Assembly: GCA_951406725.2 (NCBI GenBank)
Contig: OX597826.1
Span: forward strand, 47,740,001 to 47,804,000
Reading direction: 5' to 3'
DNA length: 64,000 bases
From: Octopus vulgaris
Lineage: Eukaryota
Shown here: one piece after another, positions 1 to 13,416 of the stretch
Numbering within the stretch: position 1 is the first letter of the stretch
How the letters are laid out: the number at the start of each line of letters is the position of its first letter
The notes under the pieces: generated by a model
What the model saw: only the letters and a program-made list of their open reading frames with translations
Told to the model about the DNA's origin: nothing
Database searches by the model: none
Position numbers and translations under genes: made by a program

Positions 1-892
1 TGGTGACACCCCATCATGGTGACAGTCAAAAGACTAAACCCAGTAAAATAATATTTAAAGACTTAATGGCTTCAAATTCAAGGTAATGGATTATTAACCA
101 TAAGATAATGAATTGAAAACTTCTTATTGAATTTCCACTCTATATGATACCACTATATGTACTTCCAACAATCAACAATTGTAATTTAAAGGTGAATAGT
201 TAGCAGTAAGAAAGCTGTCCAGATTTCTTTAAAAATATTGTGCAAAATATTCTGAGAAAAAGCAATTTTTTTCACCATAACAAAACACACACACACACAC
301 ACACACACAAGTCTTTGTTAAAACACACCCTTTCTTCAAAACAAAGACAGATTTACAGTATTTCAGGAAGGAAAATAAGCTATGTGATGGGTCTGCTACA
401 TCAGAGGCAACTCTGGGCTAAACAAAACACAGACAAACATACTGAACATTAAAAGATTATCTACTAAACAATACTAATACAGTTCATTCCCTTCAAATTT
501 TCATTCCCTGGTAAAACTCCATGTATTTTAAACATTTTTTCATCATGCTCTACGACATAAAAATTGTTCCCTTAGTTAAAGACCTCAAAATTGTGTGACC
601 CGATCTCATTTTTGAGGTAATTTTTGTTGAAAAAAAAGAGTTGTTGTGCAAATTCCATTCTTTATTTGGTAGCTGAAAGGTTACTGAATCTTTTGATACC
701 TCATAGGTCAAAATCAACAACTCAGTTTTCAAATCCATAAAGAACGTGGACTATTGTAATGTAAAATCAAATGTCTTGCTCAAGGATGCAATGCAAAACC
801 CAATCCAAGAATCACTACCTCAACTTTATGATCATGAATACATCTTTCATGATGTCACATTCATGCTAACCACATGCTTTCACTTTCTTAGT

Positions 893-1108
893 TATTATGG
901 TTTCAAATTTTGGTATAGGGCCAGTAGCTTTTGAGGGAAGTGAAGAATTAATAACATTGGCCCCAGCACTTGCCTGGTACTTGTTTTACTAACTTCAAAA
1001 CAATGAAAGGCAAAGTCAGCCATGGCAGAATTTGAACTCAAAATGTAAAAGACAGAGGAAATGCCACTAAGTGTTTTGTCCAACACAAAAGCATTTCTGC
1101 CAACTTGC
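893..1108 (-). mobile_element. tRNA-derived SINE, family B (GAGCTGGCAGAA head), diverged
   Basis: Matches the reverse complement of copies at 36097-36335 and 17432-17663 (…gaatttgaactc…, aaaggcaaagtc, actggtactt). Confidence 0.75.
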
Positions 1109-1619
1109 AAATTTCTAAGTTATAATGATCACAAAATGCTGTACTAATATGTTAAATTTTCTATCTTAAATGCAGAACATTTTTTACAAAATTATGAAAC
1201 AGTAGTAATATCTAGTTTCTGCTGGTCTTATGCCAAAATTTGAAATCAATATCTACAGTTTCTCTTTATCACACAAAAAAAAAAAAAAAAAATTTTTCAA
1301 ACTACAAAATTATAACTGAAGATGAAACAACCAAAACTGTTACATACAGAAAACAAAACAAAAAAGAAATTTGTAAAATTACGATTGTCCATGTCCAATA
1401 ATACATAAAAAAAGGTTAAGTATAATTCTCTACTAATTTTAAAATGAAAACCAGATGTTCTCTAGTTCTGAACCTAAGCAGAGAATAGTTGTCTCTTGAA
1501 CACTGATCAAATTCTCTCTTCATTTAGTCTTTTACTGTTTTTTACTTTCTGTTTCCATCCAAGGTTGATATATTAAGACTAATATTTTACATAAGATGGG
1601 AAGTGAGTGATACTGGATT

Positions 1620-2010
1620 TATTTATAGGGTTCTGAACATATAGGTTACTTCTAACCATTGAAGGGGGTACATCTTTTATGTGGTAGGTTTGTATGAGAA
1701 TAGCTGTCCAATGTTGCTAAGATGGATTATATCATAAACATTTTTAAGGTTAAATCTTAGCACTATAATATGAATATCTTCTATGCCATAACTCTGCATA
1801 AGAAGGTGACCAAGATTGCTAAGATGAGCAATCTTGTATATATTTTTCTGGTATAGTTAGATCACAGCTTTGATTTCCCTAGGACTCGAGACAGAGATAC
1901 CATGGGTTGCTGATGATACTAAACATATGGGTTACTTCTAAGAATTCAAGGGACTACATCTTCTATGCCACAAGTCTCTATAAGAATAGTTGGCCAAATT
2001 TTCTAAGAGG
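1620..2010. repeat. Degenerate tandem repeat (~100-140 bp units); continues at 4150-4580
   Basis: Recurring motif ggttacttcta…tacatcttctatgcca…taagaatag…ccaa…gctaagatg at ~1640, ~1777, ~1928, ~4155/4441. Confidence 0.6.
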
Positions 2011-2014
2011 GATA

Positions 2015-2148
2015 CCATCTACCAAATCCACTCACAAGGCTTTGGTCAGCTCGAGACTGTAGTAGAAGACACTTGTCAAAGATGCCACGTAGGAGGGCTG
2101 AACCCATGTGGTTGGGAAGTGAGCTTCTTATCACACAGCCACCCTTGC
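2015..2148 (-). mobile_element. SINE family A 5' half
   Basis: ctaccaaatccactcacaaggctttggtc…gaagacacttg…acacagccac, as in full copies (6689-7148). Confidence 0.8.
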
Positions 2149-2183
2149 AACTATATACATACATGCATACATACATATATATA

Positions 2184-2230
<47 letters not shown>

Positions 2231-2238
<8 letters not shown>

Positions 2239-2502
2239 GCAGACAAGAAGGTAATATTTCAAACACAGTATAGCTGTGAAAACAGCAGAGAGATTATGTA
2301 TCATTACCCTCATAAGATGGAAAAGTTGTCAACAGACAGCCACAGGACTCGAACCTGCACCACTCAGATACCGGCTGAGTACTCTTTCCATGGCTGACTG
2401 TTGACAACGTTTCCCGTCTTATAAGGGTAATAACACCTAATCTTTCTACAGTTTTCACGAGTATACTGCCTTCAAAATATCACCCTCTTGTCCGTACAAT
2501 AC
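2231..2502. repeat. Fold-back element (imperfect ~115 bp inverted arms) next to (TA)n, tRNA-like centre
   Basis: Arm 2231-2347 is the approximate reverse complement of 2387-2502; centre on - strand reads CTCAG-ccggtat-CTGAG…GCAGG-TTCGAGT-CCTGT. Confidence 0.75.
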
Positions 2503-3327
2503 AACACAAATTTAACGCTTCTAAAAAGAAAAAGTAATATGTGTATATATATATTTATATATACATGTATGTGTGTGTGTGTGTGTGCACATATATATAC
2601 AGTAGCAGCCATAGTAAAAACAAGTGTATTGAAATAGTTATTATAGAAAATTAACAACACGTGGAGATTAGATATTTTATACTTATTTAGATATATCTGT
2701 AGTGGTTTCATGTAGGCGTGGCGTGCATACGATCCTTGATCGCTAAATTTCACTTAACAGTTCAACAGCATTGTTCTCACGATAAAACAATAGTTTTTCT
2801 GTGAGTGACAGCAGTTACATTTGTCAGATGCCTTCGCTAAGCAGAATAATGTCTTTGCCACTTGACCCTTCTAACCTCTCCTAGGCTACCAAAAGCTAGA
2901 ATAGAGATAACAAACAGCCAACGAAATTCATTGTTCTCAACAATATATCTCTCCTTCTAACTAGTTTGGATAATTATAAATACAAAAACACCGGAGGAAA
3001 AAGTTAAGTTGGCAAAAAGGAGACAATGCAGAGGTGACCACAGGCAGAATCCAGTTAGTGAGATAATTCAATTGAGGTTTACAGTGAGAATGTCAACTAT
3101 GATACAGTGTTTTATCACAACATCACTGCTGTTTAAATAAATGTCAGGCACAATGAAGGTATCCTTTTATCGACTTCCTACGCTTAACATTCACTCTTTC
3201 TTCCTCTAATTCCTAGTTAGGCAACTAGCAGTTGACCAAGCATAAACAGCACCAACACACAAGACATGATAACTCCCTTGTTTTTATATGATACACACCT
3301 ACCCGTCGATGCATGGTATTATACAAA

Positions 3328-3563
3328 GTAACGGTAAATAAATATTTCTTCACAATTTCGATCACTATTCTTCTTCCATCTTGCACATCTGTAACAGCAA
3401 CACCCGACACAATCGCTGACTGCCAACTCCAACATATACCATAATGCAAACCGTTACACTGGCAACCAGCATCTTAACAACAACCGTTACAATTGGTGAC
3501 CCGACTTCGAACACGCACTCCTTCTCGTAAAACCACGGTCCCTACAACTTCATTGCCGTTACA
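3328..3563 (+). mobile_element. LTR-retrotransposon remnant (LTR end + primer binding site)
   Basis: …CCGTTACA-AT-TGGTGACCCGAC at 3484-3505, near-complementary to the tRNA-Trp 3' end; upstream AATAAA; 5' boundary uncertain. Confidence 0.5.
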
Positions 3564-3787
3564 TATCTAATATCTATCTTTCGTGAAAATTCCAAGTGAA
3601 TGGAACAAAAAATTTCGTAAGTTATAAGGAAATAAGCAAACCATCTTCCAAATTGCAGCGGCCAAAAGTTAAACGTCACTTAGTAAAAAATGAACTACTA
3701 AACGAAGTATTAGTTGTTTAGAATGGGATAACAGTTACTTCTTATGATCTTCGTTACTGGAACATTCAACTGTCAGCGGTGTTCTGT

Positions 3788-3965
3788 GAGGAAAAACAAA
3801 GGATTGTGTGCCTTCACCATGAGGGCAAGTCAAATTCTATGATAGCAACTACTGTAGGAAAGTCTAGAAGTGTTGTACAACAAATTGTAGCTTGTTTCAA
3901 GTCATCAGGTTCGACAGATGCTAAAACCAAAACCTCGTAAAATTTCACGAAGACAGGATCATATT
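3788..3965 (+). pseudogene. Tc1-type transposase N-terminal HTH fragment
   Basis: Manual translation EEKQRIVCLHHEGKSNSMIATTVGKSRSVVQQIVACFKSSGSTDAKTK / PRKISRRQD (frameshift), typical paired-like HTH followed by a GRPR-like region. Confidence 0.7.
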
Positions 3966-4179
3966 TATGCCCTTAATTTGTTTAGTGAGTGCCCCCCGGG
4001 GTGCAATCCCTCAACCATGAGTCCGCTGCTCTAACCACTAGGCCATGTGCCTCCACTAAGCTATGAAATAATACATGCATAATTCAAAACTGTGTGAATA
4101 ATTAAGTATTACATTTGACAAAGTAATCTGGATGCTAACGGGTTAAGGGAGTGTATCTTCTATGTCATAGGTCTCTGCA

Positions 4180-4440
4180 GTAGAGGCGCATGGCTTAGTG
4201 GTTAGGGTGTCAGCATTATGATCGTAAGATTGTGGTTTCGATTCCTGGATTGGGCGACGCGTTGTATTCTTGAACAAAACACTTCATTTCACGTTGCTCC
4301 AGTTCAGTCAGCTGGCAAAAATGAGTAACGCTGCGATGGACTGGCATCCCGTTCAGCTGGGGAACACATACGCCATTGAAACCGTGAAACCGGGCCCATG
4401 AGGCTGGCTAGGCTTTAAAAGGGCACATTTATTTTTTTTT
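4180..4440 (+). mobile_element. tRNA-derived SINE family C with target-site duplication
   Basis: A-box TGGCTTAGTGG, B-box GTTTCGATTCC; 14-bp TSD cataggtctctgca at 4166-4179 and 4441-4454. Confidence 0.85.
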
Positions 4441-5754
4441 CATAGGTCTCTGCATGAATACTTAGCCGAGGCTGCTAAAATGGGTGACATATATATTTTC
4501 AGGGTATGCTAAACATGTGGCTGGCTTCTAACTATTGACATCTGTATCAAAACTTGCTTATAAGAATAGATGAACAAGTCTACTCATTAGCGAGATATGA
4601 AGCAACAAAATTCAATAAGTTGAACGATAAAGTGCATGCTATATCTATGCAATTGTGTATTCAGATCTTACTTAAAATTCACCAATAATTTTGCTCTTTG
4701 ATTAAAGAACAATGTCGAAATAACATGCTCTTTTCACTGAAGTGGTTGATTATGGAACTGTAAATTTACATAAATTATAGGTTTGGGCATCCAGCTGACA
4801 GTTTCAGTACAAATCAAGCCTTAAAATACTCTCAAATTAATCATTTAATCTTTTGAATGACTGGATAAAAGGCAGTTATTTTGGACAATTCATTAAACAG
4901 ATCTTCTTCGTCTGTTGTTTGTTTCTGCATTTCCTGTGTGTTTTCTTTTCGTTTGTTGTTTATTTCTATTTTATTGTCCTTGTTGTTGTTTTGTTTGTTG
5001 GTTTGTTGTTGTACTGTTCATCATTGCCATTACTTCTCGATTCAAACAGTTATCAAACAGCAAATTAATTCATTTTCATACTTGCTCTGGCAGTATTCCC
5101 AGATTCACTTTGTTCCCTTGCAGCCTGTCAACGATGACAGGTTGATGGCTATAGATGTAAGAGACAGATAGACAGACAGACAGACAAACAGACAGAGACA
5201 TAGAACGAAGGAGAAAGAGAGAGAGAGAGAGTGATAAAGACACCCACACTGTTCTAAGATTGACTGACTATTGGTTATGATACTCTAACACAACCCACCT
5301 CTTGCCCTGTTGTTAAATAGTGTGATTGAGCAAGTGAGAGAGAGAGAGAGAGAGAGAGAGAATAGGAACAGAATGAATGAAGAAGAAAGGAAAAAAGAAG
5401 AAAAAAAAAAGAAAGCATATAAGCAAAACAAGAGCACAAACCTTTTCTGTGTGCCATGTTGGCGATCCAGTAATTATAACGTATCACTAGACCTTTTTAT
5501 TAGCAAGTTTTTATGGCCCTTATGGTGGTTATACAGCTCATTAGATCACAGTGGAAACAATAATGCTGCAGTAATAACCTAACTGAAGCAGATATAAACG
5601 TTAGTTTGACAGTGATCTGCTGCCCAGACATATAGATACAGAACATTCCAACTATTAGCAATTGATTTTACCATTTTTTTTTTATTCACATTCCTTCCAG
5701 TTCCTTCCAGTCCACCACCACCACATTTCTGAAATGCTGAAGATACATATACAT

Positions 5755-5827
5755 GTGTGTGTGTGTGTGTGTACTTATCATATACGTATATATACAGATA
5801 CTTATATTTCATATATATGTACATATG

Positions 5828-5880
<53 letters not shown>

Positions 5881-5961
5881 GTATATATATATATGTATAT
5901 ATATATATGTACATATGTATATGTATATATGTATATATATATATATGTACATATGTATATG

Positions 5962-5993
<32 letters not shown>

Positions 5994-6203
5994 TACTTAT
6001 ATATGTTTATATGTATATATATATATATATATGCACGTATATATACATATATGATATGTATGTATCTATGCATGTGTATATATATACACACACACACACA
6101 TATACACATTTAAACATACAATTTACATATACATATACCCATGTATATACACTCACACATACACATATGTACATTTTGTATATATGTATATACATATGTA
6201 TGC

Positions 6204-6235
<32 letters not shown>

Positions 6236-6253
6236 GTATGTATATATATATAT

Positions 6254-6285
<32 letters not shown>

Positions 6286-6300
6286 CGATATATATATGGT
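5755..6300. repeat. (TA)n/(TG)n/(TACA)n compound microsatellite
   Basis: Directly visible; source of YI-rich spurious ORFs. Confidence 0.95.
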
Positions 6301-6688
6301 ACATCTTTACTGAAAAGGAAAATAGGAAAAGTTTTTCTGTTTTTTTTTATTCAATAAAAACAAAGATGACAAAAGTTTAGCTTATTTGTTCAAATTGGAT
6401 GGAAAACAACAACAACAACAACAATAAAAATGGTAACGACAGAATCTGCTTCACCTGCTTATTTTCTTCCATAAAAATCAAATAGATCAAAATCAATAGA
6501 AATATCGTAGAAATACTTATTATATACATCAGAATCATAAAATAAAATCTAAGTGTGGCTCTATCTTGAAATTAAGCATCAGTAGTTAGTTGAATTTATG
6601 CAAGGATATAGAACCTTTTCTCTAGGAGACTCTCCAAGTTATTCCAAAAAATTAAACATAAACCATTCCACCTGAAGAGATTTTTGAT

Positions 6689-6913
6689 TTACTCTTTTAC
6701 TTGTTTCAGTCATTTGACTGTGGCCATGCTGGAGCACTGCCTTTAAGTCGAGCAAATCGACCCCAGGACTTATTCTTTGTAAGCCTAGTACTTATTCTAT
6801 CGGTCACTTTTGCCAAACCGCTAAGTTACAGGGACATAAACACACCAACATCAGTTGTCAAGTGATGTTGGGGTGGGGGTGGGACAAACACAGACACACA
6901 AACATATACACGC

Positions 6914-6952
<39 letters not shown>

Positions 6953-7148
6953 TACGACGGGCTATATATATATATATACATATATACGATGGGCTTCTTT
7001 CAGTTTCCATCTACCAAATCCACTCACAAGGTTTTGGTCGGCCTGAGGCTATAGTAGAAGACACTTGCCCAAGGTGCCATGCAGTGGGACTGAACCTGGA
7101 ACCATGTGGTTCGTAAGCAGGCTACTTACCACACAGCCACCCCTACAC
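6689..7148 (-). mobile_element. SINE family A, full length, internal (TA)n/(CA)n
   Basis: tRNA-like head (gtggctgtgtggtaag…ggttcagtccc), conserved body, gtaaaaga-type tail; >15 related copies in the window. Confidence 0.9.
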
Positions 7149-7326
7149 CTTTAAATTTGTAAATGCTTCACTATTATGTTTTAAAATAGATGTAAGATAT
7201 GTATGGTTATTGAGTCTGGCCCCGCCGGGAGACAAATTCTCAATAAACAATGCCACAGTTATTCTAGATCACTCATCCTCTTTCAGAGGCATTCTTCAGA
7301 TTTTGAAGCACATGTGCCACTCAAAA

Positions 7327-7429
7327 CATTGCGTACGACCCAATGAACTATGATCTGATGATATCATTCATAGCTCATTGCATACGACCCAATGAGCTAT
7401 GATCTGATGACATCATTCATAACTTAATG
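7327..7429. repeat. 2 x 49 bp tandem repeat with internal hairpin
   Basis: cattgc(g/a)tacgacccaatga(a/g)ctatgatctgatga(t/c)atcattcata(g/a)ct occurs twice. Confidence 0.85.
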
Positions 7430-7987
7430 CTGTATTATGGATTAAAAATGATTTTACACACATATATATATATATGTAACATTAGATATAAATGATACTA
7501 AATATATAGTTTAGTAAATCCCAATGTATAACATTAAATAGGTTGTTGAAGGTTTCGTTAGCAGGGACTTATGTGAACTTTAACGAAGTATGACATGCAT
7601 GACGTCAGTATGTGATCAACACATTTCTAAATAAATAGAATTGATTATTAGAAATAATTTACACTGCATTAATTAGAATGACAGAATGTAATTAAAATCA
7701 GTAAGATTATGAATTTAATTAGTACATGTAGCAACGGTTTGTGTATGTTACCACTTTTGTACATGAATGAATATGTATGTACATGTGCAAAAGAAAGCAC
7801 CTCTACATGGTCAATTGGTTGACTTGAAATAGAAGCAAAATCACCCTCAAATCATACCTCATTTTCTGATTGATTAACTTTGAACCAGTAACTAAATAAC
7901 AATAGCCACATTTATACACTAATATATACATACACACATCACACATGTATACACATATTGTAAGTTAATGTGTATATATACACATAT

Positions 7988-8450
7988 AGGCCCAAGTGTT
8001 GTTGTGTGATGAGAAGTTTGCTTCCAAACCACATGGTTGTTGGTTCAGTCCCACTGCAGTGGCCAAATGTCTTCTACTATAACCCTGGGCTGACCAAAAC
8101 CTTGTGGGTGAATTTGGTAGAAGTCTGTCATATGTATGCATATATAGATGTATAAATGTATGAATGTATGTAAATGTGTATGTATGTATGTATGTATGTA
8201 TAAAAAATAAGTATGAATGTGTGCGTATATGTGTTTGTGCATGTCAATGTGTTTGTGTCTGTGCTCCACCACTTAGCAACTTGTATTGGTTTCTTTAAAC
8301 CCCATAACTTAGCAGTTCAGCAAAAGAGACCCAATAGAATAAGTGCCAGGCTTAAAAATAAGTACAGGGGTCAATTTGTTTGACTAAACTCTTCAGGTCT
8401 GTGCCCCAGCAGTGCCACAGCCCAATGACCAAAACAAGTCCAAGACAGAA
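7988..8450 (+). mobile_element. SINE family A, diverged
   Basis: ggttcagtcccactgc…gtcttctactata…gaataagtgccaggctt. Confidence 0.8.
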
Positions 8451-10366
8451 GATATTGATTATAATTTCACTTTAATCATGTTCAACCAGCAATCAAAGGT
8501 ATTCCAGTCATGACCACCATGTCATTTGTTTTTCAGACATAATACACCCACAGCAATATCCTTTTCTACTCTAGGCACAATGCCCGGAATTTTTTGAGAG
8601 GGAATTCAGTCAATTAGATCGATCCCAGTATGCAACTAGTACTTAATTTATCGACCTTAAGGAATCAACCTTAAGACTTATGTTTGTGAGTTGAACACCT
8701 GGACCACTAGAGACCAGGTGACTTTCATGAAAGCATAATTGATAAAGAAATTATGGATATCAGTCGTTCAGGAAATTTTTATTAAAAGAACAGTAAATTT
8801 CTACTATTAACACTTGTTACACTTTGAAGGTGAAATTTATGTTTTGTTTTTCTTTTAAATTTTTTTTTTTTACCTTTAATGAATCTGACCATTAAAATCA
8901 TCGGAAATCAATTGTTCATTAGGTGATATTTCACCTTATAAGTGAAGCAGATGTAACAATAAAGATTTACTAAAAAAAAAAGGAAAAATTAAATTAAACA
9001 AACAAAAACTAATCAATGGAGCTTCTACAGAGCCATTTGGTTTGCTAGTAATAATAGCCAAAAATTGCACTTAAATCACGTTTTCATGTTACAAATTAAA
9101 CATAGATAAAACTATTGGATAATGCAGTGCAAAACATGTGATAGCTGACTAAAAAAAAACCAAGATTTCTCATGCATTTCTGATCAACTATCGTCTGAAA
9201 CTGGGCTGACTCAGGGTTGAACAGCAACAACATAAATATTTGTCTGTCTATGCAAGACAAAGTCTGTACGAAAAATTCATATATGAAATATGAGGTATAT
9301 ATGGTGATAAAATACAGGAAAGACTAAATAGGATATCTAGAAGTAGGTGATAAATATGGCTGCTTATTGTTTTCAGGATAAGCAGTCATAAGGTGTTGTG
9401 TGTTTTCCAATGCAATAGCAGTGTTTTCACTTCTTTCTTTGGAAATTTTTCTGGCAACAGGTGAATATTCCATAATATACTAGATATTCTGAATGAAAAT
9501 ATAGTCTGAATAAAAGCAAAGAAAAAATGGCCTCAAAAATAAGAGAAAATAGAGATTAGTAATAACCATGTAGACTCACTTCATTTAATCTCATCACAAG
9601 CTTACTAAATAAAGCAGTTTACACATATCTCTGTTACTTTTGCACCTGGGGTAGATAAGTTCTCTTGTAGTCCAAAGTAAATCAAATGTTGGCAGAAAAG
9701 AATTCAAGCAGCTAAAAGCAAACCAAGGATTACAAATTAAAGATTTTGCTTTCACAAAATTATTTTTCTTGAAAATTATTTGCTATTTTCATGAAGCAAA
9801 GAAGAACCACAAATACTTCAGAAAAAATGATAGCTTTAAAAAGAATTGTTCATTTCATGGATCGTCTTGAACTTCATACAATCGGGATGACATTTGAACT
9901 TACAGCTCTACTTTCACTTTTGTTAATCAAAATAATATCTCAAGATGTAAAGATTCAAATCATTTTATAAGAGAAGAAGGTATTTAGGATTGCCTTTACC
10001 ATATGTTGTTTTTAGTGACAATCCTTGAATTTTTGCTTTGACATTTTTCTGATTTGTTTTCTTAATGAAATTCACCTATTAAGAATCAGGAATTTATGGG
10101 AGAAGACATCTACTGAAATAACTAATGTTCCACAAAGATAACTGAAAATTGGTGATCATAGACAATTTGAAATCTAAAGTTGCAGAATAGCCCCACCACC
10201 TTCATCAGTGAAAATTATTTTGCATAAGAATAAATATGGTAAGTAATGTCAGCCAAATTTATATTTCCTTTTTTAACAACAACACAAAAATACAATAAGA
10301 GCAAATCAGTCGGCCAGTGTCTCGGGTGATGCCATATTGATTGACATATAAACCTTAAGAATATAG

Positions 10367-10595
10367 GGGTGAGGGCGCGTGGCTTAGTGGTTAGGGCATT
10401 CGGCTCATGATCATAAGGTTGTGAGTTCGATTCCCGGCGACGCGTTGTATCCTTGAGCAAGACACTTTATTTCACGTTGCTCCAGTGTACACGTGTCTGT
10501 GGAATGCTCAGCCATTTGCACGTTAATTTCACGAGCAAGCTGTTCCGTTGATCGTATCAGCTGGGACCCTCGTCGTCGTAACCGGCGGAGTCTTT
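10367..10595 (+). mobile_element. tRNA-derived SINE family C variant with TSD
   Basis: TGGCTTAGTGG and GAGTTCGATTCC boxes; flanking direct repeat aagaatatagg. Confidence 0.85.
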
Positions 10596-10936
10596 AAAGA
10601 ATATAGGATTTTGAGAAATATTTTTTTTTTTCAAATTTTTAGCATAGAAATTTCAAGTGTTTGATGAACTGGAATGATGAGGATGGAAAACATAGCAGAA
10701 AAAAAGGAAAAAAGAATTTTTGTTTAATGAAAAGCAAAAAATTTGAACATGTCATATTCCAAATATTAGAGAAAAAAAAACTGTCTTTATCTGTTGCATG
10801 ATGCTTTATGAAAGACATAATTTTATAATTAAATCTGCAAATAAAATTTTGGAAGCTATACTCGTAACTGTTGCTAGCCTACCAGCCTACCAAAAGACTT
10901 TGATGCTGAATTGGATAATGAAGTTTCGGAATGACA

Positions 10937-10971
<35 letters not shown>

Positions 10972-11371
10972 TGTGTGTAGGTCTTAATTGCATGTAAAAA
11001 AAATTCTGAAATGGTAGGGCATTCCAAGGTCATATGCAGGAAAAAAACCCTTGGAATTTGAACCAGACGTGACTTCTATCTATCTATCTGTTTGTCTGTC
11101 TGTCTATCTGTCTGTCCCAAAGCAGCTAAGTCCTTTGGGAATACATGAGCAGATACATGGAGAGAAGAATAATAGTGAATACAATGAAGTAGCAAAAACG
11201 AAATATTATAATGTGTGTATGTGTGTTTGTGTGTGTGTGCTTATGTGCATGTGTTGTTTGTGTGTGTGTGTGTGTGTGTGCATGTACTTACAAGCATGTA
11301 TGTATATATATATTTATGTGCATTTGTACATTGAACTAAGGAGAGGAGAAACAAAACATTGACAATAAACA

Positions 11372-11413
<42 letters not shown>

Positions 11414-12267
11414 AGAGAGAGAGAGAGAGAGATACATATATATACATACATACATATATATATATATATAGGAAAAGAAAAAATAATAATAAGGCAAAAT
11501 GCTAAACTGAAAGTAAATTTATATATATATATATATATGTATATAGAGAGAGACAGACAGACAGACATATTGAGAGAGTGAATGAAGCTAAGAGAAAGGT
11601 AAAGAGCAAATTGGAATTGAGTGAAGGCACATGCATGCAAGAGAGAGGGTGAGGAAGGATGTTAGTAAAAGGGTAAAGAGAAAGTAGAGGAGAGGAAATG
11701 AAAAGGGATGAGAGAAAACAGAAAGTGTGAAGGGGGAGAGAAACAGAGAGGGAGAGAGAGCAAGTGGGGTGGAGAGAGTTAATTACTTCAGTTTGTACGT
11801 GATAAGCTAATCTCAAAATATATCTTGCCATCTTTATCAGAAGTAATACCTTATTTGGCACAGATAATCCATGTTTAAAATTTAGTTTTAAATGGTGGGG
11901 GACGAAGGGTGAAGTGTGTGGAGTGGTGGTGGTGGTGGTGGTGGTGGTGGTGCAAGGATAAATTCATTTTGGTGATTATAATTTTTAATTATCATTCATT
12001 AGTTATTCTTACCATTCTTTCAATAGAAAGCAGCATTTCTTCATAACTTTGGAATTTGATCTGGATATTCATCGCCATCAGAATATCTGTTGACTTTCTG
12101 TGAGAACCCACACATAACACATTTAGTCTGTATTTTCGCCTCTCCACCAATTTTCTCATTTATCTGTAATGTTAATCTCTCTAACATTCTCTCTACCCCC
12201 TCTCTTTCTCTCTTGTCTTCTCTTAGATATTCCAAACAATTTCTTTCATAATACACACATGCAAATG

Positions 12268-12350
<83 letters not shown>

Positions 12351-12357
12351 TATATAT

Positions 12358-12925
12358 CATCATCATCATCATTATCATCATTTAACGTCCGATTTCCATG
12401 CTAGGATCGGTTGGATGATTTGACTGAGGTCTGGTGAACCAGATGGCTGCACCAGGCTCCAGTGTGATCTGGCAGAGTTTCTACAGCAGGATGCCCTTCC
12501 TAATGCCAACCACTCCGAGAGTGTAGAGGTTGCTTTTACATGCAACCGGCATGAGGCCAGCCTGGTGGTAATGGCAATGGCCACGCTCAAATGGTGTTTT
12601 TCACGTGCCACCTGCACAGGAGTCAGTCCAGCAGCACTGGTAACAACCTTGCTCAAATGTTTTGTTCATGTGCCACTGGCACAAGTGCCAGTTAGGCGAC
12701 GATGGTAACGATCATGCTCAAATGGTGCTTTTTACATGCCACCGGCACGGAAGCCAGACAGCTGCTCTGGCAGTGATCCTGCTCGGATGGAGCTGTTAGC
12801 GCTCCACTGGCATGGGTGCCAGTCATCGAATTTTGTTCAATTTCGATTTCACTTGCCCCAACAGGTCTTCGCAAGCAGAGTTTAGTGTCCAATGAAGGAA
12901 GGTTGGCATGAGTGCTAGTCATCGA
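12358..12925 (-). mobile_element. RTE-LINE-derived 3' end with internal tandem subrepeats and (GAT)n tail
   Basis: ggttggcattaggaagggcatcc motif, repeated gtggca(c/t)gt(a/g)aaaagcacc units; the same family is joined to RTE-like coding sequence at 44670-44780. Confidence 0.75.
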
Positions 12926-12949
12926 GTATATATATATATATATATATTT

Positions 12950-13345
12950 TATTTTACTCTTTTACTTGCTTCATTCATTTGACTGCGGCCATGCTGGAGC
13001 ATCGCCTTTAGTCGAGCAAATCGACCCCAGGACTTATTCTTTGTAAGCCTAGTGCTTATTCTATTGGTCTCTTTTGCCAAACTGCTAAGTTACAGGGACA
13101 TAAACACACCACCATCGGTTGTCAAGTGATGCTGGGAGGGGACAAACACAGGCACACAAACATATACACACACATACATATATACGATGGGCTTTTTCAG
13201 TTTCCGTCTATCAAATCCACTCACAAGGCTTTGGTCGGCCTGGGGCTATTGTAGAAGACACTTGCCCAAGGTGCCATGCAGTGGTACTGAACCTGGAACC
13301 ATGTGGTTGGTAAGCAAACCACTTACCAGACAGCCATTCCTGCAC
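12950..13345 (-). mobile_element. SINE family A, full length
   Basis: Co-linear with 6689-7148. Confidence 0.9.
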
Positions 13346-13416
13346 CTATATTTTTTTATTCTTTTGCTCGTTCCAGTCATTTTGACTTTGGCCATGCTGG
13401 AGCACCACTTTTAATT

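Noticed and set aside
4180-4260. tRNA gene
   Set aside because: A/B boxes belong to SINE heads with body, tail and TSD; no complete cloverleaf.
5579-6380. Long YI/CV-rich ORFs here and throughout the window
   Set aside because: Translations of (TA)n/(TG)n microsatellites lacking stops; no domain signal.
9370-10200. Unique AT-rich sequence that might be a decayed coding region or exon
   Set aside because: Frequent stops and no motif that could be identified.
12530-12830. Regularly spaced repeats resembling a CRISPR array (also 16790-16960)
   Set aside because: Diverged subrepeats inside an RTE-type 3' UTR in eukaryotic DNA; spacers are mutually similar; no cas genes.
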